From NCBI GenBank assembly GCA_038231435.1, contig JBBRLJ010000052.1, positions 1 to 29,788 of the forward strand: 29,788 nucleotides of DNA. Reading direction: 5' to 3'. Shown here piece by piece: positions 8,141 through 18,259 of the stretch (position 1 is its first letter; each line of letters starts with the position of its first letter). The notes beneath the pieces are model-generated. The model made no database searches. It was not told the origin of the DNA and saw nothing but the letters and a program-made list of their open reading frames with translations. The stretch comes from Planctomycetota bacterium. GTDB lineage: Bacteria > Planctomycetota > UBA11346. The translations under genes were made by a program, and so were the position numbers.

Positions 8141-8929
8141 CTACTTCTTGGCGGCACCCTTCGCCGGCTTGTTGCCCGCGGCCAGGTTGTTGCCGACCAG
8201 GTAGTGGTAGCTGTCCTCGATGGCCTTCCACATGTCGCCATCGCACGCGTCGAGCTCGACCACCAGGAACTTGGTGACCTTGGGATCGGCGGCCTTGACG
8301 ATCGCCGGGAAATCCATCTTCCCCGAACCGACGGCGACCATGTTCTTGCCCTTGATCAGCGGGCCATCCTTGAGGTGCAGGAACTGGGTACGATCCTTGA
8401 ACTGCGCGACGATCTTCGCCGGGTCCTCGGCGCCATGATTGGCGGCCCAATAGGTGTCGATCTCGAGCTGCAGGCGGGGCACCGCTTCGACCAGCAGTTC
8501 GAGGCCGGTCTTGCCGCCGATGCGGACCATCTCGAAATCGTGGTTGTGGTAGCCGAGCATCACGCCGCCCTTGGCCAGGCCGACGCGCGCCTTCTCCATG
8601 CGCTCGCCGAGCTTCTTGATCGATTCGACGGTGGCGAACTCGGTCGCCGGCAGCCAGGGCACCACGGCGATGGAGAGACCGAGATCCTTGTGGATGTCGA
8701 TCGCCTCCTGTTCCTTGCCGACGTCAGGGATGCCGGCGTGGTTGCCGCTCACCACCATGCCGAGCTCCTCGACCATCTTGCGGTATTCCTTGGGCTTGAG
8801 CCCGTAGAAGCCCGCGCACTCGACGCCCTTGTAGCCGAGCTCGGCGAGTTTCTTGAGGATCGGCAGATGGTTGCCGTCCTTCATCTGCTCGCGCAGTGAG
8901 TAGAGCTGGACGCTGATGGAGATGGGCAT
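8141..8929 (-). CDS. Sugar phosphate isomerase/epimerase (xylose isomerase-like TIM barrel, AP_endonuc_2)
   Basis: SVQLYSLRE, GYKGVE, YHNHDFE, EIDTYW, HLKD, VGSGKMDF, VVELD motifs. Confidence 0.9.
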   Translation of the reverse strand: MPISISVQLYSLREQMKDGNHLPILKKLAELGYKGVECAGFYGLKPKEYRKMVEELGMVVSGNHAGIPDVGKEQEAIDIHKDLGLSIAVVPWLPATEFATVESIKKLGERMEKARVGLAKGGVMLGYHNHDFEMVRIGGKTGLELLVEAVPRLQLEIDTYWAANHGAEDPAKIVAQFKDRTQFLHLKDGPLIKGKNMVAVGSGKMDFPAIVKAADPKVTKFLVVELDACDGDMWKAIEDSYHYLVGNNLAAGNKPAKGAAKK

Positions 8930-8975
8930 CGGAGTGGCCTCGTCTTCGGGTAGATTGCGGTTGGAAGGGAGGGGC

Positions 8976-9002
8976 ATGCTCGGCAAACGCGCCCGCGAGC
9001 AA
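8976..9002 (-). promoter_or_regulatory. Candidate promoter TTGCTC-N15-GAGCAT
   Basis: Upstream of the TIM-barrel gene, with the recurrent 15-bp geometry. Confidence 0.4.
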
Positions 9003-9102
9003 GAGCCGTGACAACCGGGGGTTGACAGGGTCTCCGGGCGTCGGAGACGGCCGCGGAGAGCGGTAAGCTGGAGATCCAATGTCTCCCACCCGAAGTTGTC
9101 TG

Positions 9103-9161
9103 GCTGTCTGGGGGCAGGCCGGAGGCCGATGTTGGGGGGCCGTAGTCCCCCAACTGAAAGC
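9103..9161 (+). repeat. Dispersed palindromic repeat, family 2, copy B
   Basis: GCTGTCTGGGGGCA-GGCC-GGA-GGCC-GATGTTGGGGGGCCGTAGTCCCCCAACTGAAAGC, 3 nt beyond the smc stop. Confidence 0.88.
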
Positions 9162-9164
9162 CAG

Positions 9165-12100
9165 TCAGCCGGAATACGGGCCCGCGCCACGAACCGTCGG
9201 CGTCAGCTCGCCGCCGACTTCATCGACTTCCTCGAACTTCACCGAGATCTTGGTCGAGACGCCCGGCTCGTTCTGGGTGATGCCGTAGATGGCGTCGGCA
9301 CGCTGCATGGTGCGCTTCTTGTGGGTGATGACGATGAACTGCGAACCCTTCACCCCGTTCGAGGTGTCCACGCCGGCGCCGCGCACGAATTCGCGCAGCA
9401 TCGAATTGTAGACGTCGACGTTGGCTTCATCGAGCGGCGCGTCGACTTCGTCCAGGATGCAGAACGGGCTTGGCTTGGTCTGGTAGACGGCGAACAGCAG
9501 GGCGATGGCGGTGAGCGCCTTCTCGCCGCCCGAGAGCTGGGTGATGATCTTCGGATTCTTGCCCGGCGGCTGGGCGACGATCTCGAGGCCGGCCTCGAGG
9601 ATGTCGACCGGGTTGCCGAGCTCGTCCTTCTTCTCGAGTTCGAGATCGGCCTTGCCGCCGCCGAAGAGCTTGCGGAAGAGCTCCTGGAAGTTCTTGCGCA
9701 CGTCCTTGTAGGTCTGCTCGAAGAGCTTGCGGCTGATCTGGTTGATGTTCTCGATGATCTCGGTGAGCTTGGTGAGCGCGTTGGTGAGGTCGTTGTGCTG
9801 GCGGTCGAGGAATTCCTCGCGCGCCTTGACCTCGTCGAGCTCTTCGATCGCCGCGAGATTGACCGGTCCGAGCGCGGCGAGCTCCTTCTCGGTCTCGGCG
9901 AGCTTCTGGCGTAGCGCCGGCCAATCGAGATCCGCGGGCCGCTCGTAGTTCGCGAAGGCCTCGCCGAGATCGAGCTGGAACTCCTCGAGGATGCGCTGGC
10001 AGGTGGTCTCGAGGCGGACCTTGGCCTCGTTGGCCTTGAGCTCGACCTGGGCGCGCTCGGCCTCGGTGCCGCGCTGGCGCGACGACAGCGCACGCGCCTC
10101 CTGGCGGCTTTCCTCAAGGCCGTTGCGCAGCCCGTCGCGCTCCTTGATCAACGCGTCGAGCTCCTTCGCCATGGCCTGCACCTGCTCGGCTTCGAGCGCG
10201 TGGGCGCGCTCGTTGTCGGTCTGGGCGGTTCGCAGCTCGGCGCGCTTGAGGTCGTGGCCGGCGAGGCGGCGCTCGCGTTCGCCCTTCGCGTCCTCGAGCT
10301 CCTGCATCGAGCGCACCAGGTGCCCGAGGTGGTTGCGCGCGGCCTCCTGGCGCTCCTGGGTGGTGGCCAGCGAGACGCGGAGGTTGTTGACCTCCTCCTG
10401 CTCGCGGTTGCGCGCCGAAGCCTTGGCCTCGAGCTTGGCCTGGAGGCGGGTGATGTCTTCGTCGAGCTTGCGGTTGAGCGCGCCGAACCAGTCGCGCTGG
10501 CCGACCAGTTCCTTGGCCTCGGCCTCGATGCGGCCGAGTTCGCCGGCGATCTCCTCGAGCTCGCGGCCGAACGATGAGGTGGCCTCCTCGAGGTGCAGGC
10601 GGTCGCGCTCGGTCTTCATCAGCTGGGCCTTGGCCTCGCCCACCGCACGGTCGGCGGCCTGGATGGCGCGCCGCTGCTCCTCGACGCGCATGCTCAGGTC
10701 GAAGGCCTGCTTCTTGGCCTGATCGCGGGCCTCGCCCACGGTCTGCTTACGCCCGGCGAGATCGGTAACGGTCTCGTCGAGCTTCTTGATCTCGTTCTTG
10801 CGGCTGACGATGCCGCCGGCCTCGGAGCCCTGCTGGCGGCCGCCAGTCATGGCGCCGCCCGGGGCGATGACGTCGCCTTCGAGCGTGACCATGCGGCAGC
10901 CGGCGCGGTGCGAGCGGCGGATGGCGATGCCGTGATCGAGGGTCTCGACCACCAGCACGTTGCCGAGCAGGAACTCGAAGGCGTTGCGGTACTTCGCGTC
11001 GTACTCGACCAGGCGGCTGGCGACGCCGACCACGCCCGGCTGCTGGAGCAGGCGCTGGTCGACGCGCTCGCCGCCTTGGATGTCATCCAGCGGCAGGAAG
11101 GTGGCGCGCCCGCGGCGCTCGCGCTTGAGGAACGAGATCGCGTCGCGCGCGGCCTCCTGGGTCTCGGTGACGATGTTCTGCGCCTGGCCGCCGAGCGCGG
11201 TTTCGATCGCCATCACGTACGGATCCGGCACGCGGCAGAGATCGGCGACCATGCCGACGATGCCGGGGAACCGGTCCATCTGCTGGAGCACGTCCTTGAC
11301 GCCCTTGAACACGCCCTCGGCGCGGCGCTCCTGCTCCTGCAGCAGGCGCAGGCCGGTCTCGGCGCGCGCCTCCTGGTGGCGGATGTCGTTGAGCTCGTTG
11401 TCCAGGCGCACGCCCTCGGCGAGCGCGGTCTCGCGCGCACGGATGTGCGTGTCGAGCTCGGTGTGGGCCCCGGCGGCGCTCGCGATCAGGCCGTCGAGCG
11501 AGGCGCGCGCCGCGCTCTCGGCCTGGCGCGCCTCGACCAGCTGGCCGGTCTGGCCGCCGGAGCGATCCTCGAGGCGCTTGCGGCGGTCGTCGGTGGCGGT
11601 GCGGCTGAGCACCAGATGGCTCTGCTCGGCTTCCACACGCGAGATCTCGCGCAGGCATTCGACCTGCTTGGCTTTGGCGTCTTCGACCTCGCGGATGACG
11701 GCGTCGACCTCGGAGAGCACGCGGTCGAGCTCCTCGCGGTGGCTCTTCATCGCGCCGGTGAGCGAAGCGTCGGGCGCGCCGGATTCGACGTCGCGAACGG
11801 CTTCCTCGGCGGCCGCGCGCTCGTCGGCGAAGCCGGCGATCTTCTGCGCGATCGCTTCGAGCGCCTTGCGGTCCTCGGCCTCCTGCTGGTCGACCTCGAC
11901 CAGGCGGTACTTGGCGTCCTTGGCGCGCGCATCGGCGACGTCGCGCCGGCTCTGCGCATCGGCGCGCACCTGCTCGCGCGCGCGGATCGCGTCCTCGAGC
12001 TCGACCAGGCGCACGTCGGCCTTGCTCAGCTCGGCCTCGAGCGTGCCCAGGCGCGCGGCGACCTCGGCGAGCTTGGCGTCGAGATCCCCGGTGCGGGTGG

Positions 12101-12845
12101 CGTGCTCGGACAGCTCGGCGGTCAGTCGCCCGAACTCTTCGAGCGCGAAGGCCATGCGCAGCTCGCGCACCTGCTCGGAAAGGTCGCGGAAGCGCAACGC
12201 GGCCTCGGCCTGGCGCGACACCGCCTTGACCCGGCGCTTGACCTCGTGGAGCACCTCGCCGATGCGCTGCAGATCGAGCTGGACGCGCTCGAGCTTGCGC
12301 AACGCGACTTTTCGCCTCGCTTTGTAGCGGGAAATGCCGGCGGCCTCCTCGAGGATCATCCGCCTATCCTTGGTGTTGGACTCGAGGATGAAGCCGACGC
12401 GGCCCTGCTCGATCACCGAGTAGGCTGAGGTGCCCACGCCGGTGTCCATGAACAGCTCTTTGATGTCCTTCAGCCGGCAGGCCTTGCCATTGAGGTAGTA
12501 GCCGCTGGTGCCGTCGCGGAAGAGCCGGCGGGTGATCGCCACCTCGTCGCCCATGCCCTCGGCCGCGTCGCCCAGGCGGTCGGCGACCTGGTCCAGGACC
12601 AACGTCACCTCGCAGATCGACATCGGGCGCCGGGTGGCGCAGCCGTTGAAGATCACGTCGATCATCTCGTCGCCGCGCAGCGCCTTGGCCGACTGCTCTC
12701 CGATCACCCACTTGATCGAATCGACGATGTTGGATTTCCCGCAGCCGTTGGGCCCGATGACGGCGGTGATGCCGTCCTCGAAGTCGAAGGTCATGCGGTC
12801 CGCGAAGGACTTGAAGCCGAAGGTTTCGAGTCGCCGCAAACGCAT
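9165..12845 (-). CDS. smc: Chromosome segregation protein SMC
   Basis: FGFKSF, Walker [10 protein letters not shown], coiled coils, hinge [26 protein letters not shown], signature LSGGE, Walker [18 protein letters not shown]. Confidence 0.98.
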   Translation of the reverse strand: MRLRRLETFGFKSFADRMTFDFEDGITAVIGPNGCGKSNIVDSIKWVIGEQSAKALRGDEMIDVIFNGCATRRPMSICEVTLVLDQVADRLGDAAEGMGDEVAITRRLFRDGTSGYYLNGKACRLKDIKELFMDTGVGTSAYSVIEQGRVGFILESNTKDRRMILEEAAGISRYKARRKVALRKLERVQLDLQRIGEVLHEVKRRVKAVSRQAEAALRFRDLSEQVRELRMAFALEEFGRLTAELSEHATRTGDLDAKLAEVAARLGTLEAELSKADVRLVELEDAIRAREQVRADAQSRRDVADARAKDAKYRLVEVDQQEAEDRKALEAIAQKIAGFADERAAAEEAVRDVESGAPDASLTGAMKSHREELDRVLSEVDAVIREVEDAKAKQVECLREISRVEAEQSHLVLSRTATDDRRKRLEDRSGGQTGQLVEARQAESAARASLDGLIASAAGAHTELDTHIRARETALAEGVRLDNELNDIRHQEARAETGLRLLQEQERRAEGVFKGVKDVLQQMDRFPGIVGMVADLCRVPDPYVMAIETALGGQAQNIVTETQEAARDAISFLKRERRGRATFLPLDDIQGGERVDQRLLQQPGVVGVASRLVEYDAKYRNAFEFLLGNVLVVETLDHGIAIRRSHRAGCRMVTLEGDVIAPGGAMTGGRQQGSEAGGIVSRKNEIKKLDETVTDLAGRKQTVGEARDQAKKQAFDLSMRVEEQRRAIQAADRAVGEAKAQLMKTERDRLHLEEATSSFGRELEEIAGELGRIEAEAKELVGQRDWFGALNRKLDEDITRLQAKLEAKASARNREQEEVNNLRVSLATTQERQEAARNHLGHLVRSMQELEDAKGERERRLAGHDLKRAELRTAQTDNERAHALEAEQVQAMAKELDALIKERDGLRNGLEESRQEARALSSRQRGTEAERAQVELKANEAKVRLETTCQRILEEFQLDLGEAFANYERPADLDWPALRQKLAETEKELAALGPVNLAAIEELDEVKAREEFLDRQHNDLTNALTKLTEIIENINQISRKLFEQTYKDVRKNFQELFRKLFGGGKADLELEKKDELGNPVDILEAGLEIVAQPPGKNPKIITQLSGGEKALTAIALLFAVYQTKPSPFCILDEVDAPLDEANVDVYNSMLREFVRGAGVDTSNGVKGSQFIVITHKKRTMQRADAIYGITQNEPGVSTKISVKFEEVDEVGGELTPTVRGAGPYSG

Positions 12846-12874
12846 GGGACGGAGGCTCTCCGGGGAAGGATGCG

Positions 12875-12901
12875 AGGGTAGGGGAGGTGGGTGGGGGGCA
12901 A
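12875..12901 (-). promoter_or_regulatory. Candidate smc promoter TTGCCC-N15-TACCCT
   Basis: Minus-strand motif with the recurrent 15-bp spacer. Confidence 0.55.
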
Positions 12902-12907
12902 GCCGGA

Positions 12908-13032
12908 GCTTTTGGTTGGGGGCTACGGCCTTCGGCCGGCGGATGCCCCACAGGGCATCCGAGATCGCTTCGCAATCCCCCCAACATCGGCCTGCCCCTA
13001 CCGACCGGGGCCTCACGCCGGCCTGCCCCCAG
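12908..13032 (-). repeat. Family 2 repeat, expanded copy C with extra hairpin modules
   Basis: Reverse complement reads CTGGGGGCAGGCC..GGGGCAGGCCGATGTTGGGGGG-[ATTGC-GAA-GCGAT; CGGATGCCC-TGTG-GGGCATCCG; GGCC-GAA]-GGCCGTAGCCCCCAACCAAAAGC. Confidence 0.8.
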
Positions 13033-13125
13033 GAGGCCGGAGAAACTAATGGGGGAGAGGTCGGCACCTCGATATATGGTAGATTTCCACCATTTATTTG
13101 TCGTCGTGACCACCATCATGGCTTC

Positions 13126-13611
13126 ATGCTCGACGTTCGCGTGACCCAGCTTCCCCACGCCGCGGGACTGCCCTTGCCTGCCTACGCGACCGCAGGAGCG
13201 GCGGGACTCGACCTGCAGGCCGCGGTCAAGGAGCCGATGGTGATCAAGCCGGGCGAGCGGGTGCTGGTGCCGACCGGCCTGTCGATCGCCGTGCCCGACG
13301 GCTACGAGGCCCAGGTGCGGCCGCGGTCCGGGCTCGCGCTCAAGCACGGCCTGACCGTGCCGAACAGTCCGGGCACCATCGACAGCGATTACCGCGGCGA
13401 GATCAAGGTGATCCTCGCCAACATCGGCAACGAACCGGTGACCATCGATCGCGGCATGCGCATCGCCCAGCTGGTGGTGGCGCGCTTCGAGCGCATCGCC
13501 TGGCGCGCGGTGGCCTCGCTCGACGACACCGCGCGGGGCGCGGGCGGTTTCGGCTCGACCGGCACATCCGGCGCTTCCGGCACCTCGGGGCGTTCAGGCG
13601 CGGCCGGCTGA
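13126..13611 (+). CDS. dut: dUTP diphosphatase (trimeric dUTPase)
   Basis: [45 protein letters not shown]. Confidence 0.97.
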   Translation: MLDVRVTQLPHAAGLPLPAYATAGAAGLDLQAAVKEPMVIKPGERVLVPTGLSIAVPDGYEAQVRPRSGLALKHGLTVPNSPGTIDSDYRGEIKVILANIGNEPVTIDRGMRIAQLVVARFERIAWRAVASLDDTARGAGGFGSTGTSGASGTSGRSGAAG

Positions 13612-14357
13612 TGCGCCTGCTCGCAGACTGCGGCAATACCGCGATCAAACTCGCCCTCACCCACGATGGCGGCGTGTGGACGCACGAGCGCCTCGACGCC
13701 AAGCCCGAGGCGCTGAGCGGATTCGCGCGCCCGCACCGCGAGGCGATCGCGGAGCTGGTGGTGCTGCCCGGGTCGAACGCCCACACCATGATGCTCAGGC
13801 GCTGGTGGCTCGAGTTCTGCTCCGGCAAGCCACTGCGCACCATCGGCGCCGAGATCCCGCTGCCCGATCTCGGCCAGTATCCCGGCTGCGGCGCCGACCG
13901 CATCCTCGCCGGCCTGGTCGCCTGCCGCCAGCAGGGCAAGCCGGTGGTGGTGGTCGACGCCGGCACCGCGACCACGCTCACCGCCTGGCGCTTCGATGCC
14001 AAGGCCGAGCCCGCGCGCCGCATCGCCTTCCTCGGCGGCCTGATCGCTCCCGGAGCCAAGGCCTGCTCGGTCGGCCTGAGCGCGCTGGCGCCGGCGCTGC
14101 CGGTGGTCGAGCCGCTCGGCCCCACGACCGGAGCGCTACAGCACGACACCCACGGCGCCATCGCGGCCGCCATCGGCATCGGTTACGGACCGATGATCGG
14201 CGCCTGCCTCGAGCGCGTGCGCATGGAATCCGGCATCGAGGACGTGGTGCTCACTGGCGGGAATGCCAGCCAGATGATCGAGGCGGGCATCGCCTCGCGT
14301 CTGGCTTATCGGCCGAGCCTGGTGTTGGAGGGGATGGAGGAGTTGTGCCGAGGGTAG
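13611..14357 (+). CDS. coaX: Type III pantothenate kinase
   Basis: DCGNTAIK, GADR, VVDAGTATT, GGLIAPG, LTGG, LVLEG. TGATG overlap with dut. Confidence 0.9.
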   Translation: MRLLADCGNTAIKLALTHDGGVWTHERLDAKPEALSGFARPHREAIAELVVLPGSNAHTMMLRRWWLEFCSGKPLRTIGAEIPLPDLGQYPGCGADRILAGLVACRQQGKPVVVVDAGTATTLTAWRFDAKAEPARRIAFLGGLIAPGAKACSVGLSALAPALPVVEPLGPTTGALQHDTHGAIAAAIGIGYGPMIGACLERVRMESGIEDVVLTGGNASQMIEAGIASRLAYRPSLVLEGMEELCRG

Positions 14358-14359
14358 AT

Positions 14360-14486
14360 GAGGAAAAGGGGAAGACCGAAGACGGAACACGGAAGCTACC
14401 CGCATCGCGATAGGAAGCGTGTCTCGCCTGCTGCTGGAGTTGTCCTTCTTCCGTCTGTGATCTTCCCTCTTCTCCCCTTTCGTCTC
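14360..14486. repeat. Imperfect inverted repeat of purine-rich and pyrimidine-rich arms with ~7-bp periodicity
   Basis: GGAAAAGGGGAAGACCGAAGACGGAA (14362-14387) versus TTCCGTCTGTGATCTTCCCTCTTCTC (14449-14474). Confidence 0.55.
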
Positions 14487-14505
14487 ACCCGATACTCGCG
14501 CCCAT

Positions 14506-15498
14506 ATGGATACCCTCACCGCCGTTCCCACCACCTGGCGCGGAGTCGCGGCGACGCTGGTCGTCGGCGCGCAGCTCGAAGCGGTGGTCATGACCGTGGG
14601 CGGGCATCTCGCCTGCATCCGTTTCCGCGGCGAGGAGCTGAATCCGCTCTGGCAGCCACCGTGGCCGTCGACCGATCCCGCGGGCGTGATCGGCACGCCC
14701 ACCGGCGCGTACGGCGATGGCGCTGAAGCGAAGCTGCTCTCGACCATCGTCGGCAGCAACCTGTGCATGGACCGCTTCGGCGCGCCGTGGCCCGGCGAGA
14801 AACGGCCGCTGCACGGCGAGGCGGGTGTCGCGCGCTTCGCGATGAACCAGCCGAATCCCCAGCGCATCGATTGGACGGCGTCGCTGCCCGAGGCGCGCCT
14901 GTCGGTCGAGCGGCACATCCACCTCGAAGGAGGCACGCTGCACTGGGCGACGAGCGTGCGCCATGCCGACAGCACCGCCCGCGACGTGGAATGGTGCGAG
15001 CACACCAATCTCGGCGGCGATTTCCTCGACGGCGTCGACATCGGCGCCGACATCGACCTGGCGGTGAATCTGCCGGGTGAGTCGGAACCCGGCTTCGCGC
15101 ATTACGGCCCTGAAGGGTCCATCCCGCTCGACGTGGCGCTGGCGGTGCCGGCCGCAGACGCTGCTCCGACCGGGTTGTTCGCCACTACGCGCGTGAAGAC
15201 CGGCGCCACCGCAACCTGGACCGCCACCAACCGCCGCCTCGGCCGCCGCCTGCGCGCCGAGTTCAAGCCCGACGATTTCCCCTGGCTCGGCCTGTGGACG
15301 CAAGATCGCGGGCGGACCACGCCGCCATGGAGCGGCCGGACGCGCGTGCGCGGCATGGAGCTCTCCACCAAGCCATTCCCCGAGGGAAAGCCGCCAGCAA
15401 TCCGCGCCAAGACCTATCGTGGACGCCCGAGCGAGTGCATCGTTCCGCCCGGGCAGACGGTGAAGAAGGTCATCAGGTTCGTCTGGGAGCGGCTGTAG
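14506..15498 (+). CDS. Galactose mutarotase-like (aldose epimerase/DUF4432-like) protein
   Basis: PLHGE, EHTNLG, FPWLGLW and GMELST resemble the conserved His/His/Glu residues of the mutarotase fold. Confidence 0.6.
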   Translation: MDTLTAVPTTWRGVAATLVVGAQLEAVVMTVGGHLACIRFRGEELNPLWQPPWPSTDPAGVIGTPTGAYGDGAEAKLLSTIVGSNLCMDRFGAPWPGEKRPLHGEAGVARFAMNQPNPQRIDWTASLPEARLSVERHIHLEGGTLHWATSVRHADSTARDVEWCEHTNLGGDFLDGVDIGADIDLAVNLPGESEPGFAHYGPEGSIPLDVALAVPAADAAPTGLFATTRVKTGATATWTATNRRLGRRLRAEFKPDDFPWLGLWTQDRGRTTPPWSGRTRVRGMELSTKPFPEGKPPAIRAKTYRGRPSECIVPPGQTVKKVIRFVWERL

Positions 15499-15514
15499 GA
15501 CCGCGTCCGCACGC

Positions 15515-16372
15515 TCAGTAGGATTCGGCATCCGTCGGGAACTTGCGCTCCTTGACGTCCTTCTGGTAGTGCACGAAGGCGCGCGTCATGTCCTCGGACA
15601 GCTTCGCGTAGCGGCGCACGAAGCGCGGATGGAACTGGGTGTTCATGCCGAGCATGTCCGGCGTCACCAGGATCTGGCCGTCGCAGTTCTTGCCCGCGCC
15701 GATGCCGATGGTGGGGATCCTGAGCGCTTCCGAGAGGCGCTTGCCCAGCGCCGCGGGGACCTTCTCGACCACCACCGCGAACGCGCCTGCCTTCTGCAGC
15801 GCCTTGGCGTTCTCGAGGATGGACTTGGCCTCGCCCTTCTCGGTGCCGCGCGTCTTGTAGGTGCCGTAGGTGTGGATCGACTGCGGCTGCAGACCGATAT
15901 GGCCCATCACCGGGATGCCGGCGTCGACGATGCGCTCGACGATCGGGCAGATCGAGATCCCGCCCTCGAGCTTCACCGCCTCGGCCATGCCGTCCTGCAT
16001 CAGGCGACCGGCATTGTGCAGCGCCTGGTCCGAGCCTTCGTGATAGGACATGAAGGGCATGTCGGCCACCACCAGCGCGCGCTTGACCGCCTTGGTCACC
16101 ACGCGCACGTGGTAGAGCATCTCGTCCATCTTCATCGGCAGGGTGGTGTCGTTGCCGGCGAAGACCATGCTCGCCGAATCGCCGACCAGGATCAGGTCGA
16201 TGCCCGCCTGATCGAGCAGCCGCGCGGTGAGATAATCGTAAGCGGTGAGCGCCGAGATGCGCTCGCCGCCCTGCTTCATCTCCTGCAGGCGCAGGGTGGT
16301 GACCTTGCGGCTCTCCACGCCGGTCTTGGGACTCAGGGCCGCATCCCGGCCGCGATCGTCGGACATCGCCAT
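15515..16372 (-). CDS. panB: 3-methyl-2-oxobutanoate hydroxymethyltransferase
   Basis: LTAYDY, LVGDS, VADMPFMSY, VKLEGG, MGHIGLQPQ, TIGIGAG..CDGQILV..DMLG. Confidence 0.97.
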   Translation of the reverse strand: MAMSDDRGRDAALSPKTGVESRKVTTLRLQEMKQGGERISALTAYDYLTARLLDQAGIDLILVGDSASMVFAGNDTTLPMKMDEMLYHVRVVTKAVKRALVVADMPFMSYHEGSDQALHNAGRLMQDGMAEAVKLEGGISICPIVERIVDAGIPVMGHIGLQPQSIHTYGTYKTRGTEKGEAKSILENAKALQKAGAFAVVVEKVPAALGKRLSEALRIPTIGIGAGKNCDGQILVTPDMLGMNTQFHPRFVRRYAKLSEDMTRAFVHYQKDVKERKFPTDAESY

Positions 16373-16458
16373 CGCATCCCCTTGGCGCGCATGCTAAGCG
16401 CAGACCGGGCCCAGGCGAGGGCCCAGGATGCTACCGGTCGGAAGCTAGCGGATGGGCG

Positions 16459-17127
16459 TCACGGTTTCGCGGGTGCGGCAGCCGGATCGGGAACCGGGGC
16501 GGGCGCGCCTGGCGGGGGAGTGCCCGGACGCGGCGCGGGGACCTCAACCGCATCGGTGGCGGAGCGGTCGCTGCGGATGTCGATGTGCACGTCGATGGCG
16601 ACCTCGCCCGCCGGGTAGCTGCGGCGCAGGCCGGCGAGCGCGGCGGGCAGGTTATCCTCGAGCCGGCGCAGGAGGGCGACGACGTCTGAGAATGCGGCGC
16701 GATCGCCGCGCTTGGGAGCCCGCAACAGGCGTTCGAGCTTGGCCTGCAGCGCGTCCTGATCGCGGGCCAGGGTCTGTGCGTCGGGCGGCGGGGATGGCGT
16801 ACCGGCGAGGCGCAGCTTCGCGCCATCGCGCGAGATCTCGAAGGCCAGGTCCTGGCCCGGCGTGAGCTGATCGAGCGCCTTGCCGAGATCGGCGATGGCC
16901 GCGAGCGCCATGCCGTTCGCCGAGAGCAGATGGTCGCCGACGCGCACGCCCATGCCCTCGGCGAGCCCGTGAGCGGCGACGCTCTGGACGACCAGCCCGG
17001 AGCCCTGGTCGAAGGGTGCCTGGTTGTCGATGGTGAGTCCGAGGAATGGCCTGGCGTGCGATGCCTCGGCGGCGTTGGCGCTGGAGTCCATGACCAGGGT
17101 GATGACCAGGGCGAGCAGGCAGGACAT
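16459..17127 (-). CDS. Exported PDZ-domain protein
   Basis: Signal-like N-terminus. RPFLGLTI..GLVVQSV..GVRVGDHLLSANG..LTPGQDLAFEISRDG (HtrA-type PDZ), followed by a helical region. Start could be 17169. Confidence 0.7.
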   Translation of the reverse strand: MSCLLALVITLVMDSSANAAEASHARPFLGLTIDNQAPFDQGSGLVVQSVAAHGLAEGMGVRVGDHLLSANGMALAAIADLGKALDQLTPGQDLAFEISRDGAKLRLAGTPSPPPDAQTLARDQDALQAKLERLLRAPKRGDRAAFSDVVALLRRLEDNLPAALAGLRRSYPAGEVAIDVHIDIRSDRSATDAVEVPAPRPGTPPPGAPAPVPDPAAAPAKP

Positions 17128-17243
17128 CCCAGACGTGACGCTCCACTCGGCGGCGGCCCCGAGCGGCATCCATGCACAGGATGGGGCAGGCGAGCGCTGG
17201 CGTGAACGCGGCTGCGCTACGGGCATCCGCATCTGCGCGCGCA

Positions 17244-18071
17244 TCACTGCCAATCGCGGGACGGCACGCTCAGCTCGAGGCGCCAGGGGGACGCCTCCGC
17301 CGATTCCGGCTGGGCCGCGGCATGTCCGATTCCGGCGTCGAGCGTAGCGACGTCCAGCGGCGCGGCGGGAGAGCTCCAGCGATGGCTGACGAACCACGGG
17401 GTGCTCGCATCAGCGGAGCCGTCGGCGCGTCCCGCCATGGCGGCGTCTCCGCTGGCATCGGTGTCGGAGAGGGAGAAGGCGTGCTCGGCGTCGTCGACCT
17501 GCTGAGCGAGGTCCTGCAGCTGCGCCTGCCGCTGCGTGAGCTCGTCGAGCTGGGCCTGCTTGACGCGTTGCTCCCACTGATCGGTGAGCGGCCTGATCGG
17601 ATGGTTGGTGCGGCGCTCGCCGAAGGCGCCATCGAGCACCGCTATGTCGCCGCTGGACCGCACCACCACGGCCTCGGCGGCCGCGCCGGGCGCGTTGGAG
17701 AGGACCTCGGTGCGCAAATCGAGGCGGCTCGCGATGGGCGTGCCGTTGAGCGACAGGATCACGTCTCCGGGCTGGAGGCCCATCGCGGCGGCCGGGCCGC
17801 CGGGGCGTACCCAGCGGATCATCAGGCCCTCGCCAGGAGAGAGGCCGTCCTGGGCCTGGACGTCGAGCGGCACGGGATGGCCCCAGGCGCCGAAGGCGGC
17901 GAGGTTGCGCTCGTAGTCGCCACCGTCGTCCGCCGGGGCGGGATCGGCCGCCGGGGCGGCGGTGGCCAGGGCGCAGGCGCAGGCGCAGGACCAGATTCCA
18001 CGAAGCGAGACAGCACAGGGAATGCGACGGGTCATACCGGCAGCATACACGCGTTTCGGGTTGGTTTCCAT
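17244..18071 (-). CDS. Exported PDZ-domain protein with coiled coil
   Basis: GLMIRWVRPGGPAAAMGLQPGDVILSLNG PDZ, then a coiled coil QAQLDELTQRQAQLQDLAQQV. Start is 18071 or 18035. Confidence 0.72.
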   Translation of the reverse strand: METNPKRVYAAGMTRRIPCAVSLRGIWSCACACALATAAPAADPAPADDGGDYERNLAAFGAWGHPVPLDVQAQDGLSPGEGLMIRWVRPGGPAAAMGLQPGDVILSLNGTPIASRLDLRTEVLSNAPGAAAEAVVVRSSGDIAVLDGAFGERRTNHPIRPLTDQWEQRVKQAQLDELTQRQAQLQDLAQQVDDAEHAFSLSDTDASGDAAMAGRADGSADASTPWFVSHRWSSPAAPLDVATLDAGIGHAAAQPESAEASPWRLELSVPSRDWQ

Positions 18072-18209
18072 GTGCGGATCCTTGTCCGGGCCCAGTGCTG
18101 GTCGCCTGGCCGACGGGCTACCGGGAGCATCGTCGGAGGTGATGACGGGACCGTGACCATGGTAGCGCCGACCCAGGGCCGGGGTGGCCGAGGATGCCGC
18201 GGCCGCAGC

Positions 18210-18236
18210 TTGCCGACGACCCGGTCATTCTACACT
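18210..18236 (+). promoter_or_regulatory. Candidate carA promoter TTGCCG-N15-TACACT
   Basis: Good -10 box, 15-bp spacer, followed by a GGAGGA RBS. Confidence 0.6.
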
Positions 18237-18259
18237 GGCCCAGCCCCTCCGGAGGACCC

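Noticed and set aside
9103..13032. smc as cargo of a composite transposon bounded by inverted family 2 copies
   Set aside because: No transposase or target-site duplication is seen, the two copies differ in structure, and repeat density makes chance bracketing likely.
12846..13067. 74-aa N-terminal extension of SMC
   Set aside because: It runs through the family 2 repeat and the candidate promoter. SMC homology begins at MRLRRLE (12845).
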